DNA of 62,045 bases, the filler included, from Choristocarpus tenellus KU-1152 (lineage: Eukaryota > Protista > Phaeophyceae): NCBI GenBank assembly GCA_964200185.2. It is 13 parts of 13 records of this genome, joined end to end, with 100 filler letters (N's around TTAATTAATTAA, not from the genome) between each part and the next. Parts side by side here need not be neighbours in the genome. Positions count along the whole stretch, not along the records: positions 1 to 6,236 come from CAXNAD020008606.1; positions 6,337 to 11,737 come from CAXNAD020010907.1; positions 11,838 to 15,462 come from CAXNAD020018882.1; 10 more parts are not named here. One strand, given 5' to 3'. The position numbers and the translations under genes are program-made. Shown here one piece after another: positions 1 through 11,881 of the stretch; position 1 is the first letter of the stretch; each line of letters starts with the position of its first letter. The notes beneath the pieces are model-generated. The model was not told the DNA's origin, did no database searches, and saw only the letters and a program-made list of their open reading frames with translations.

Positions 1-42
1 CCCCAAATGGACGCGGCTCTACCCTCTAAGATACTTTGGCTC
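1..42 (-). mobile_element. MITE family A, partial end at contig edge
   Basis: Reverse complement of GAGCCAAAGTATCTTAGAGGGTAGAGCCGCGTCCATTTGGGG, the left end of the family A copies. Confidence 0.9.
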
Positions 43-299
43 AATCACCTCCTCTGATAGGATGTACGGCTCTTTTGCAGCCTCCTTGGTAGAGGGAGGG
101 TTGGAATTCCCTGCCACATTGGGGTCGGTTCTGAGCTTATCTTTCTCTTTCAGCTCCTTCATCTTTAGCACTGTTACCTCGAGTACGGCCTGCTTGATGA
201 ACACCTCCTTCATGTGCATCCTCCTTGCGAATGCCAATTTCTGCTTAACTGTGGCAAGGGGGAATTGGTCCGTGTCAGGGGTGGAGAGGCTGGCCTCCT

Positions 300-930
300 T
301 CCCAGTTTCCTCCTCGGTATTCTTCTTCCCTTCAGAGGAGGGTTTCTTGACCTCGATGATGTGCTCTTTCTTGGTGGACACTCCTTAGTGTAGTAGAGAA
401 CTGCGGAGGCGAACTGCATACGGAGTGGCAAAGGACGGAAGTAGTATGTTGTGAGCGTTTTAGTCGTTGTACAAGTACTTTGGATGATACAGTGAGAAGC
501 GATGTGATCGGTACCGCTACATGCATCTGTGCATAGGGTTAGAGACGAATCCTCACGGATCTGGGGCTTACCCATTCTTCCGGAAAGGTTTCATTCCCAA
601 CCACGTCGGACAGGGAGAGCAGTTCAGTTGGCAATTTTTCAGCCACCTTCTCCGCAAATATACGGGTGGCTGACTCCACTATGGCATTCCATTCACGGCC
701 TTGAGGAGTGTCCTCTCCAACGATGGAACAGCCTTTTACAGCCAAGATATCTGTGCACATTCGTGCCAAGTACTGCATCCTGGTCTGCTTCTGGACCTAT
801 GCACAAGGAGGGATGAGGATACAGTGTTTTCGGACAGTGGGAAATTATGTCGTTTAAGGACTGGAAAACAAAACTAGTGAGGGTAGCGATAGTCGCCATC
901 CAGTGTGAGAACAATATGGACCCCTCGTTG
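300..930 (-). mobile_element. Decayed Ty1/Copia integrase relic
   Basis: Frame reading KGCSIVGEDTPQGREWNAIVESATRI resembles the Copia rve motif (GI..E.T...TPQ.NG.AE...R); broken by frameshifts and stops. Confidence 0.5.
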
Positions 931-1696
931 TAAACATTGGACTGTGCACTAAATATGGAATAGACAACATCTATGGAACGCGCGAATGTCTACTACTCGC
1001 AACCACACAACTCAACAATAGAGATTATTCGTTCTCGTCCACGCTTTTTTGGTTTCCTATCAGAATCGATAATACCTTGTCGTGTAGTTTGTCTTCACTT
1101 TTCAATGATCGGGCTTGGTCCTACTTCGGATACAAACCTTGCTTTATATGAAGTCTACTGAAGATACAAAAATGGATACAAGCGGAAAAGCGCAATGCAT
1201 GCCCTGATAGGAACAATTTCGAATTTTTTCTTTCAATAAAACATTTTTTGCCCTACTTCATCTATATAAATAACTGTTGGCAGTTACTAGGAATTGAATC
1301 TTTCCCGGCAAATGGTATTTCCCCCCCCAAAATGACCAGTCTAATTCAAGGAAAGCATTAGAACCTGGTAAAACTTAGCAAAGATGGATCTCAAAATAAT
1401 CGGTGATGGTCATTCTTACTGAGAGTCGACACACAAGGCGACAACCCCTTTTGTGCCTCATGATACACCAACACACTCATCCCGCCTACCAGTTGCCTGT
1501 AACTGTAGCTGAATCCGCCACTGTTCTTGAGGGAGTCCACGGTAGCCTCACGGTTCGCATTCCACAGCACAGTGAACGTATGTACGGCCCTGAAATCGAA
1601 CTTACCCTGTGTGCCGATTTATATAACATTGACGATGAGAGGGCGACGACAGATATGTTATATAATCTGAGGATGAGAGTAGATGCTACAGACGAA

Positions 1697-1945
1697 TAGT
1701 GCGAGTATTTCTTCCCCCGCTTTAACCAGCACAAGCTGTGTATGCGCGTGGGGAACCCCAAAAGGGGGAACTCCGATTTGCCAAAAAGTTGCAGAATAAT
1801 ATCTGTAACTACTAGGGAACGTTGCAAAGGGTCCCAGATGGAAAGGTCGCAAAGGTTCTCCGATACATTCCAATGTCTGTAAGCCAGAAGAAGCCCCAAC
1901 GGTAAATGATGATAAGAGATCCAAAAAACGGCTCCAAACGGCTCA
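1697..1945 (+). repeat. Dispersed repeat, unclassified
   Basis: GAATAG.GC.AGTATTTCTTCC...GCTTTAACCAGCACAAGC...CCCCAAAAGGGGGAAC...GATGATAAGAGATCC also occurs at about 16705-16885; the 3' part recurs at about 39900-40020. Confidence 0.75.
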
Positions 1946-2379
1946 GTTCTTCAGACCTAAAGGACCCACCTATTCAGTTCTCTCTTACTGATACCAATAT
2001 ACACACTTTCCTTGTGCTACTTGATTCACCTGAGAGTACTACTCTTCTGCTGAGCTGACGTGCGTTAATCTGCGAATTGGATTTGAGTTGTACATCCTGT
2101 GGAGGTGAGCTATGAGGGGCGCCTGTAACATGGAAGTCCTACCGCCTCTCTTCAAACTGGAGGGAATACTCATTTGTTCACCTCAACACTTAGGTCTTTG
2201 TAGCTTCCCACGCCCGCCTGGATTCTTTTCTTGTTCCACCTGGGTTTGTGGTCTTCAATCGTCGTCTACGGGATTCTCTCCTTGGGCTTGTCGTCTTCAT
2301 GGGTCTGAGGGCTTCTGTGGCTCTGAGGGAATCGCCCCTTTCTAGCCGTAAAACGAGTGGCCTCTGATCATCACATCAC

Positions 2380-2830
2380 CCGCCTATAGTAATAAAATGA
2401 GTGGCTTCTGACCGCCATGGTATAGACGTTGCCTAGGTAGTTCTTCCTCGCCATTCGTATACTCACATTCCCGATCTGTTTCTCGTGTATTACACTGTTC
2501 TTTTATTTCACAGATTCCGCTGGAAATCAGTGATTCGGAGATGTTCCTGCCCAAGGCCAGACCTGCGAGAACTCTTACAGCAGTCGTGACGGATCAACGT
2601 GTTTATGCATCGCATCCACGCATCAACAACTTCACCCCTTTCCACATCGAGCTCGTCGAAAACTCTTGTCTTTCTTAGGACACAGAGCGGTCCTTTCAGG
2701 TGCTTCGTCTGCAATCGATGTCCCACGCATCAAAGGACAGCTCTTACAGGTCCGTTGAGACGATGTTACGGCAACTGAGTGGTTCATATTTCGGTGAGAG
2801 AATACACCTTTTTAGCATGGCCAGCCGAAA
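2380..2830 (-). mobile_element. Possible second decayed Copia integrase relic
   Basis: Short motif SFDASGIACRRST resembles F....GI...T of the rve core; highly degraded. Confidence 0.3.
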
Positions 2831-3065
2831 ATCGTGGTGAAGGTTGCCACGTGTTATTTTTATTTTTTTTAAGAGAGAGAAAGATGTGACGCAGAAGGCT
2901 GCGACCATAGCCTAGTTTTGCACTATCGAGTGTACACCATGGATTCGCGGATGCCTCATTTAGATGAAGTTGTTTTGGGAGGGGGATACATAGGCGAAGA
3001 TCTCATTGATTTGTACCAACTACCCACTCTCCTCCCAAACGTCCTAACTAAATTGAAGGCTACAA

Positions 3066-3339
3066 GAGTGAAAGCATCTTAGAGGGTAGAGCCGCGTCCG
3101 TTTGGGGTCCAAAATACAATATTGAGATTTTGATGTAATTTTGGTTATCCTGTTTGTTGCAAATATTTAATATATATTAAGGAAGTGTCAATATCTTCGT
3201 TCCGGACACACTTTTCCACAACGTACACATTTTACCTACTACGAAAAAATTCGAAGCAGGAAAATGTCATAAAAAAAATCCGTGGGAAGCCAAACGGACA
3301 GACAGGGAAAAACTCGTACCCTCTAAGATACTTTCACTC
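3066..3339 (+). mobile_element. MITE family A, full copy
   Basis: TIRs GAGTGAAAGCATCTTAGAGGGTA ... TACCCTCTAAGATACTTTCACTC; flanks acaa/tcaa. Confidence 0.9.
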
Positions 3340-4548
3340 TCAAAACAAGCAGGATATAGAAAGAAATTGAAGTCATAATTACCCACTAGCAATTTCCTAG
3401 AATAATCCTTCGGGGACCAAAATGGTAAACGATCGAATTAAAGTAGAACGGATTATTGATGATCCCATAAAAGAATTATCCCATTGAAGTGACCGATACT
3501 CATTTTCCCAGCCAATCAAAATGCTCCAAAAAGTTGCATTGTATACGGAGAAGACTCAACACTCCTTTAGGTTGATAGATCTGCTTGCTGTGTTTATTAG
3601 CCTGTCATACCCTTCTGCTGCCTCAGCAGAAACCCCGATCATCAGGCAGAAACTGGGACTATATCACCACAATAGGACGTCCATACACGAAGAGGTATCA
3701 AGCCAAACTTTACTGTTGTGCAGAGAGGTTGTCAACCGCGTGCTAGCAGCCCTTACACCGATGCTTCAACCTGTGTTAACCCAGAACTCCTAGCCAGCTG
3801 TCTGTACTGCCTTAAAATACTGAACCTTCCTCTGTTCCCGGCAAACACGGTACCTCGTTCGCTCAAATAAAAGAAAAGAAAAGAAAGCAATGCATCAAAA
3901 CCCGTTCGACCAGGCATATCCGTTCCCCAGCTGGCGCTTTGAGCCCTACCTGCTTTAGCCACAGACAGGGCGAACGATAGAAGTCGGCACAATTTGGGCA
4001 AAGGTTTACCTCCATCTTCTACCTCCACAAGACGAAGTCGACATATGGCTAAGGGCACACCGAGTTTGCTTTCATCATGCCTGTAGTCAAGACTGCTTCA
4101 CGTCTATAACTGACGAGTGCAGGTATACGTAATGCAACTCGTTAGTTCCCAGAGGAATCCACTCATACCTTTCGGGGTTTGCTTACCACAGCTCAACATG
4201 GCTGGCAAAGGTACCTTAAATGCAGCAAACCCCAGAGGGTGCAATATTCTACCAGTGCTGGTATTGAGGTCATGCAAACTTCTAATAGCGCTTTCCTCAG
4301 AGGAAAAAGTGCTCAATATGGCTTTTAGGATAATGGTGGGGCCACCATACGAAATATTCTTAGGAGCAACATTTTGTAGACAACACTAGAGTGAACTGTC
4401 ATTTAGAGAAGATCAATGCTCCGAACCATCACCACTGCCACCAATGGGTACCTTTTGTCAACGTTCCCACACCCACATCGAGCAGTAACAATGTACCCTT
4501 GTCAGACCTTAGCAAATGGCATTATAGTACAAAGGAAAGTTCTAAGAT

Positions 4549-4801
4549 GAGCCAAAGTATCTTGGAGGGTAGAGCCGCGTCCATTTGAAGGTCAAACTCC
4601 AATGTTGCGATTTTGATATAACTTTGGCTATCATATTAACTAAAAAGAGTCAATATCCTTGTTCCGGAAACACCTTTTCATAACGTATACATTCTACCTC
4701 CTCCAAAACACGTTGGAGTAGGAAAATGTCATGAACACGGGAAGCCAAGCCCCAAACGGACAAACAGGGCAAAACTCGTACCCTCCAAGATACTTTCACT
4801 C
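4549..4801 (+). mobile_element. MITE family A, full copy
   Basis: GAGCCAAAGTATCTTGGAGGGTA ... TACCCTCCAAGATACTTTCACTC; flanks agat/aaat. Confidence 0.9.
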
Positions 4802-5950
4802 AAATGGATAGTTGTTAGACTAGGTAACTAAACAGAAGAAATAAACAGCTTTACCTTACTACAGTTGGATGTTTATCATACCTTCTAGGACCTTCACAAC
4901 CCTAACACAAGACCATACCCAACTAATGTTCCCACCCAAGAACAACTCTTGCCCCGAGAGGATGTGTTACGTCTCTTTCCTATTGGTACTAGTGTCAAAC
5001 ATTGTGGAAGGATGTAAGCTGAAGAGACCGGTAGGACAGGGTCCAGTGTTTGAGCTCAAGTCACCCCATTGGAGGGTAAGGTTGAAGGATGGAGATAAGG
5101 AGGAATTCAGCAGGAGAGAGAGTAGTGCCTCCTCCAGAAAACCTCCCAGCAGGTAACAACTGTATGCCTGAGGGACGAGGTGAGGTTCAGCCGGTACATG
5201 CTAGAACAAGAGATTAAAGCAATGATAATCATAGTCACTGAAAGGAACATGAGACAGCAGAAGTTGGAATGAAGAAGCTGCCCACATTTTACTACACATT
5301 AATATACATCGGTTCTATAGGCTGAAGTCCTTAGAAAAGACAAACACTGAACTCACTACTTTTTATTTATTTATTTATTTTCCTCTTTTCTATGCTGTAA
5401 CAACTCTCTGTGATCTTGAATTCTCTATTTTTTTATATCTTCTATATCTCACTTATGTTTTTCTAAATGTTATTTATTTTTAGTTCTCATCCCATCATCC
5501 CCTGATTTTTAAATTTCATTTTCTTTCCATAGTTGTTGCTCTCCTTATTTACTAACTTTTTTCTTTTCTTTTTTTTCCTTTCTACTTTTTGTGCTTTTAT
5601 ATTATTTTATTTACTATTCAGTTCCCACTTTGTTACCCCTCATCATCCACACTTTTTTTTTTTTCTATTTATTGCTCATTTTATTTTTATTTCTTCTCTT
5701 CATTTATTATTAGTACTATTTGTTGCTCTCATTGACCCTTCTTTCTTTCTTTCTTTCTTTATTTTTTCATTGCCTGTTTTGCACACTAGCAGCCTTGAGT
5801 ATGCTTTGTGCATGGGGGGCATAGGACAGGCAATAATCAGATGCTGCGTAGGTCATTAATAATGTAAGCCTAATCCTTGATAGCACTTGCATTTATATAA
5901 TCGGGAAGATTGGAACGGAAGACGCACGAATTGTATGCCCAATCAGAGCT

Positions 5951-6174
5951 ATGTATTTTGTAACTTTTGAAGGTCCAGTTCAAAAGAAACAAGTGTATAC
6001 TCGAATTAGGCCAAACAATTTAATGGAGATTGCATTCCGTGACGCTCATGGACAACTTTGGGAATATAACAGGTGTGGCTTTGGGTTGAAAATCTTACCT
6101 GCAGTATTCTCTAGTTACATTAGAGAAGCATTAGGAGATTTCAAAGGAAACAGTGTAGAAAACTGGCTAGACGA
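5951..6174 (+). mobile_element. Ty3/Gypsy reverse transcriptase fragment
   Basis: IAFRDAHGQLWEYNRCGFGLKILPAVFSSYIREALG...VENWLD matches the Gypsy RT pattern TAF....G.YE..RMPFGL...PA.F ... YLDD; cut by a MITE. Confidence 0.8.
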
Positions 6175-6236
6175 GAGCCAAAGTATCTTAGAGGTTAGAG
6201 CCGCGTCCATTTGGGGGTAAAAATACAATGTTGTGA
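6175..6236 (+). mobile_element. MITE family A, partial copy at contig end
   Basis: GAGCCAAAGTATCTTAGAGGTTAGAGCCGCGTCCATTTGGGGG up to the linker. Confidence 0.9.
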
Positions 6237-6336
6237 NNNNNNNNNNNNNNNNNNNNNNNNNNNNNNNNNNNNNNNNNNNNTTAATTAATTAANNNNNNNN
6301 NNNNNNNNNNNNNNNNNNNNNNNNNNNNNNNNNNNN
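6237..6336. other. Artificial contig-joining linker (N44-TTAATTAATTAA-N44), first of 12
   Basis: Identical 100-nt linkers with stops in all six frames at 6237, 11738, 15463, 19457, 23453, 27893, 35972, 39762, 44068, 50715, 54112 and 57395; the window is 13 concatenated contigs. Confidence 0.97.
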
Positions 6337-6480
6337 TTGCCCTCCCTCCTTTCCTTTTTTATTCCCAACCCCCTGTACAATAGAAAGGAGTGCGCGCGCG
6401 CAAGGCTCCCACTCCCCCCCCCCCCCTCCCCCCTTGCCTGCCCCATACCAACTGCTTCTCACGCGAAAAATGCGAAACAG

Positions 6481-7651
6481 GCGGTGGCCCTCGACCCAGA
6501 GAACTACATCCCCTTCACCCTAGCAGAGATTGAGAAGATATCCCATGACACCCGCCGCTTCCGCTTCAGCCTCCCCTCCCCCACGCACGTCCTTGGCCTC
6601 CCCATTGGTCAGCACATATCCCTGAGGTTTGAGGAAGCGGCCACGGGAAAGGTGGTCACTCGATCTTACACGCCTACTAGCTCTGACGAGGACGTGAGTG
6701 CATGTGTCCCCGCCCCAGTGCACTGACCCTGTGAATTTAATTCATGCGTGCTGCTTTGTCTTTATCTTTATTTTTATTAAAAACAAAACAAAACAAAACA
6801 AAACAAAACAAAACAAGCGACCCCCCCCCCTCCCCCTCCCCCTCCCCCTCCCCCTTAACAAGCGAAGATCGCGTACCTCATTCTGCAGTATCTTATTTTT
6901 TTATATTTTCGTGTTGCGTGCGATTAGGCATTCGCAGTTGATATGCATGCCGTGGATCTCGATTTTAAATGAAAATTGTTCCTTGTCCAATAGAGTCTTA
7001 AAGTCTAGGCTGTCACAGGCAAGTGTTCTGTACTCTATAGCCTACAGCCACTGTGCTGTTGCTGAGAAGGAGGTCGTAGGTCTGTTTTGTTGCACTGGAG
7101 CTGGAGCTGGAGTTGGAAATGACAAAGTCATGCCACACCAAACAAGTATGTTGAGGATGCCTGGAATGCTGTGAAGAGAGACAATATGTCCTGTACACTC
7201 AAGCTGGGCTGTGTCTACATACTTAGTGCTTAATCTAGTCTATTCAACCCTAGCCTAGTGCTGGTCCAGCCCAGCCCAGCCCGTCCGAGCCTTCCTTGAT
7301 TCCTTGTCATACCATTAACGACGCCTCCCCCCCCCTCCGTCTTCTATTTCCCTCTCCCCTCAATGACCACTGGGGCTGCCGCCACACTCCTTCGTCTATG
7401 TACCTGTGGTGAAGCTGGGATATGTTGACCTTGTTATCAAGGTGTACTTCCCTAATGTTGAACCTAAGTTCCCAGATGGAGGCCAGATGTCGATGCACCT
7501 AGAGAGAAGAAAGGTGGGCGAGGGTGAGGCAGCCATCTCCTTCGAAGACTTTTTCATGGAATTTTTTTTTCTTACTATTCTGTGTATGTGTTGGGGAGGG
7601 GGTGGGGGGCGGGGGGGGGGGGGGGGGGGGGGGGGGTTGGGGTGTGTTTCT

Positions 7652-7688
<37 letters not shown>

Positions 7689-8734
7689 TGGGTGCGGTGG
7701 GGGGGGGGGGGGGTGGGGGGGGGGGGGGGGGGGGGGAGGCAGGTGTGTGTGTGTGTTCGTGTATTTCTTTCTTTTTATTTCCTTGTGTTTTTTGAGATCT
7801 TTGGTTCTGTTTTGGGGGTGTTAGAGGTGTTAGGGTGTGTAATATATAGCTTACTGAAAATATCTGTTTGTTCGTCTGTATTTGCGGCACAAGGTCTGTT
7901 CTCAAGTATCTCATCTTGTTCCACCATGCCATGTCTCGCTGCATACTATTTAGTGGTACATTCAAACCATCCGCCGTTGCCCTGCTCTGCACTTCTATGC
8001 CCTCCTCCCTCCGCCCCCCCCAACTCCCAACGGACCTCCTTGCTTCTCCCTCCCGCCTTGGCCCTCCTGCCACACTGCAAAACACACACATATATATTTT
8101 TTCACTGCATGTATGAACAAAAACGCCTTCCGTGGGAAAAGATTGGGGACACGGTGGACATGAGAGGACCCAAGGGCAACCTGACGTATTGTGGTAACGG
8201 GGTGTTTAGCATCAAGCGCAGGGATGACAGAAAGGTATACCTGGACGTGCACTGGCCTTCGCTCCGTAGTGGCTAAGGACCCTCTGTTGTGCAGTATGTT
8301 AGAGCTCTGGAGTGCTACCACCGAGGATGTGTTTTTCATCCTTTTTAGCAAGAGTTTTTCGCCATAGTACCATTGTGAGAGTTGAATTAGGTAGGGATTC
8401 AATTTTTACATTTGTTTATTATGCGTGGTGTGGTCTTTCATTCTCGTATTATTCTCCACCCCACCCCACCCCCGTTCCTGATATCTTCCTCTTCTTGGCA
8501 AATTATGGTTCTGTCTATCCAACCCGGCTGTAAGTGTCAATAGTACCGATGACGAATGCGTGGAGGTGCTCTCGTATAGTCTGTGTTTGCTAGGTGTGTA
8601 TATATGTATGTATGTATGTATGTGACGTGAGTGCACATGATTACATGCGTCCAGCTTCCCTCTCCCCCCCCNNNNNNNNNNGGGGTTGGTTGTTTGTCTG
8701 TTTGTTTGTGGCCGGGGGCCAGATGATTGTGCGC

Positions 8735-8765
<31 letters not shown>

Positions 8766-11293
8766 ACACCTGGGCTCCTCAACAAATTTATTTCAGGTCA
8801 CCAAGTTGGGCATGATAGCTGGAGGAACAGGCATCACCCCAATGCTTCAGATCATTGCTGCAATAATGAGGGAGGGAGAGGGGCTGGAGATGGAACTTAG
8901 CCTGATATTTGCCAACAAAACTGAAGAGGACATCCTTCTCAGGGACTCTATAGAGGACATGGTGAGGAAAATATGTGTGTGCGTGTGTTAGATTGCCCTC
9001 ATCCCACCCCCCCATCCCCAAATACTTGTCAACTGTGCCTACCTACAGAGGAGGATCTTGTGGAGGTATTTAGGTACTGCTGTACCAGTAGGTTGCATGA
9101 GTTACTAACTAACGTCACTCTGTTCTCTGAATACTTGACATCATCAGTCAGATAGGGGGTGTCCCATTAACATGTGGGCCATGACCCGACTTCTTGAGTA
9201 CACTTCCCCAGATGATCCCTCTCAACCTTTTAGGAGTTTCCCGTCAAGCGTGTTACCAGAACCCCCGCTTTCACTCTATCTTTGTCCTATTGCTGGGAGG
9301 AGTCGGGAAGGCAGTCCAGTTGGTATTGAAGCCCACAAGTGTCCGACATTGTCGAGTGCTATGTAGTATTGAAATGTTGCTGTGCTACAGAGCAATCAGT
9401 GGTCTGATAAACAGTCCTGGGGTAGTACAGTATAGATTTTCAATAGTTTTACAAATCCGAATCTTATATTCAAACATGGAGGTGGTTTGATGAAAAAAAC
9501 GCCTCTATCTCCTGCAGTACCATCTGTACGCAGGTAGCATTGCATGGTGGATTTTAGGGTAATATTTACCCAATAGGGTGCGCCCCTGCGAGCTGTCTCT
9601 CCAGGTCTTGTTCCTTGGTACTTGTGAATGGTTGGGGGTTTCTCCTCCTTCGGGCGTTACAGCACTAATTGAGGTGTGAGGGGTAGCATCTTAAGGATAA
9701 AGAGGCAGGAGGTGTCACGGGTCAATTTGCGCCCTCTTGCGCCGCAACCTATAACCCATAGGCTATTTATTCTGTTGGCGAGGTTGGAGTCTCTTTTTTT
9801 CCGTTTTGAGTTGGGAAAGAGGCAGCGCTTGCCTATCGGAACTCAATGTTCAGCATTTATACGCAATGAAAGATTCTTCCGGTGGCAGGCTAGAAAGGGC
9901 ACCTCCCGAATTGACTCAAGTGCTTTGCTCTGCTGAAAAAGGAGGTAGGACACAATAGAGCGAATGAACTGGAGTGTTGGTTGGAATGTGGAAGTTAGGA
10001 GAGAATGTACGATGACATTTTTTTTTTTTTTTTCGAAGTCTCCTTGTAAAAAAAATAAAAAAATCCTCTGCTCTGAAGGATCGTGAAAGGAGATACAGAA
10101 ATAAATATTGTTCTGGATTGGACTGCTTTGCAGAATAATATTTGAGCAAAGCGGAACCGAATTTTGCCGTTTGTCGACCGTGGAGACTTTAGGAGCAAAG
10201 TGCTCTGAAGTTTGCCCTGGTGATGGAGTGTTGTTGTGCGAAGACTTTGTGCTACGTGCTTGACAATATATTATAGAGCGGTTGGTAACATTCTACTGGA
10301 TTAAAGTTTTAATTATATAGTGGGCTAGATTTATCCAAACGTGCCAGGTGAAGTACAGCAAGTACCGAGCGTTCTGCTTTCCTATTAGGTGTACAATTTT
10401 TTTTGTTCTTATTTGAACGTTCTTATAATCTTGAACAGGTTTGAAGTGTGGTCCTTGAATGTGTTAGTCTGGAGATGTTCCTGGATGGGATACGAAAAGG
10501 ACTAGTACAAGACTATACAGCTTTCCTTTTGCACTACACACTTACCCCCTGCCCACCCTTGCCATCAACTAGGCATCTAAGCACAAGAACTTCAACTTCC
10601 ACTATACCCTTGACAAGCCTCCCAAGACGGGGTGGACATACAGCTCAGGGTTTGTTACAAAGGAGGTAAGGCGTCGATATTCATCTTATGAGATCAAAAG
10701 GTCTTCTGGTTATAGAGTAGATGCATTTTGCTCCTACCTGATTTGAGCGTTGCATTGTATTTTGTGGAAGAGTGTGCCTCTGTTGTTTCACCATGTCCCA
10801 CAGTTTCATTTTGTGTTGTCCAACATTAATGCTTTGTGCCTGCATTGCTATGGGCTGGCATGGGTGCTAGAAGTGGGTTGTTCATTCATGAATAGAGGAT
10901 TTGGAAGTTCTGCTGGGGCTGCAGTCTTTTGTTCTTAATACCCACATTGATGTTCACGGTTTCTTTTTTGATTTTTTTTCCTCAAGTGTTGTGAACACAG
11001 CTTGACATCACGGAAGACAATGTGAGCCCCAGCTGTGGATGGGAGGAAAGCAAGTACACATGAGCTTGAAGTGTGGCATATGATTTACTTACCCCAGAGC
11101 CGCTTTGAACCGCCTGTTCTTTGATACCCCACCCCTTCCATCTCCTTCCATGCAGATAGTAGGGACAAACCTGCCTGCACCTGGACCGGAAACCCTCATT
11201 TTGATGTGTGGCCCGCCACCAATGATTAAGTTTGCATGTCTTCCCGCTCTTGGAGAGCTTGGTTTCTCAGAGGACATGCACTTCTCCTTTTGA
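6481..11293 (+). CDS. CYB5R: NADH-cytochrome b5 reductase, 5'-partial, 6 exons
   Basis: In-frame GT-AG exons 6481-6693, 7415-7513, 8142-8234, 8797-8961, 10573-10665 and 11156-11293 (stop). Motifs: [25 protein letters not shown] (FAD), KVYF...[26 protein letters not shown] (NADH), MCGPPPMI, C-terminal F. Confidence 0.95.
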
Positions 11294-11837
11294 ACTGGCC
11301 CTCTCTGCCCTAGCTTGGGGAGGCGTTTGACGATGCGATGGCGGTTTTGTCGTGCATCATGTTTATCATCCATATGTGCCCTAACATGTGTTGTCTGTTC
11401 AAAGAAAAATCCTTGTGGCTTTTTCGTTCGGGTGATGTGCTGCTTCTTGAAGGGATTCTGAGCTTTAGGAGCTAGGGGAGGTTGTGATGCAAGATTGTTT
11501 CTATTGGCTCAGTGTGATATTGATAGTGATAGTAATAGGCCTAGTTATGTCTACGGTAGGCTACTGCGTTCTGCTGGGCGCCACAGGGTTTTCAAAGAGG
11601 AAAAAGGAAACCCCCCTAGCGCACAATATTTGAGACTATAGCTTTGTCTATCTGGTTCTGGGAAGTATCCAGGGGCCAAAGTTGATTAGCAGTGGATAGC
11701 CCACCCCTACAAGGGCCTGCCCTATTTATTACCTTAANNNNNNNNNNNNNNNNNNNNNNNNNNNNNNNNNNNNNNNNNNNNTTAATTAATTAANNNNNNN
11801 NNNNNNNNNNNNNNNNNNNNNNNNNNNNNNNNNNNNN

Positions 11838-11881
11838 CATCCTCATAGTCCCGTGCCATCCTCAATTTTGAGGATCCCCTG
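11838..11881 (+). repeat. Diverged right TIR of the CAGTG-type MITE family
   Basis: CATCCTCATAGTCCCGTGCCATCCTCAATTTTGAGGATCCCCTG resembles the right TIR at 38481-38524; lies at a contig start. Confidence 0.65.

Noticed and set aside
1988-1996. TGGTATCAG on the minus strand as a tRNA-iMet PBS
   Set aside because: Only 9 nt match and no identifiable LTR end is adjacent.
4117-4389. Possible Gypsy protease relic (EIFLGATFCRQH)
   Set aside because: No catalytic D(S/T)G motif found; resemblance too weak to call.
5533-5859. Hydrophobic 108-aa ORF resembling a membrane protein
   Set aside because: Product of T-rich low-complexity sequence.
6237-6336. Recurrent palindromic TTAATTAATTAA flanked by N runs, superficially array-like
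   Set aside because: Fixed-length assembly linker; ORFs ending in LIN or N across it are artefacts.
7396-8276. Long Gly/Pro/Phe/Lys-rich ORFs (231 and 250 aa)
   Set aside because: Open only because of poly-G and poly-T tracts inside a CYB5R intron; likely low-quality homopolymer sequence.
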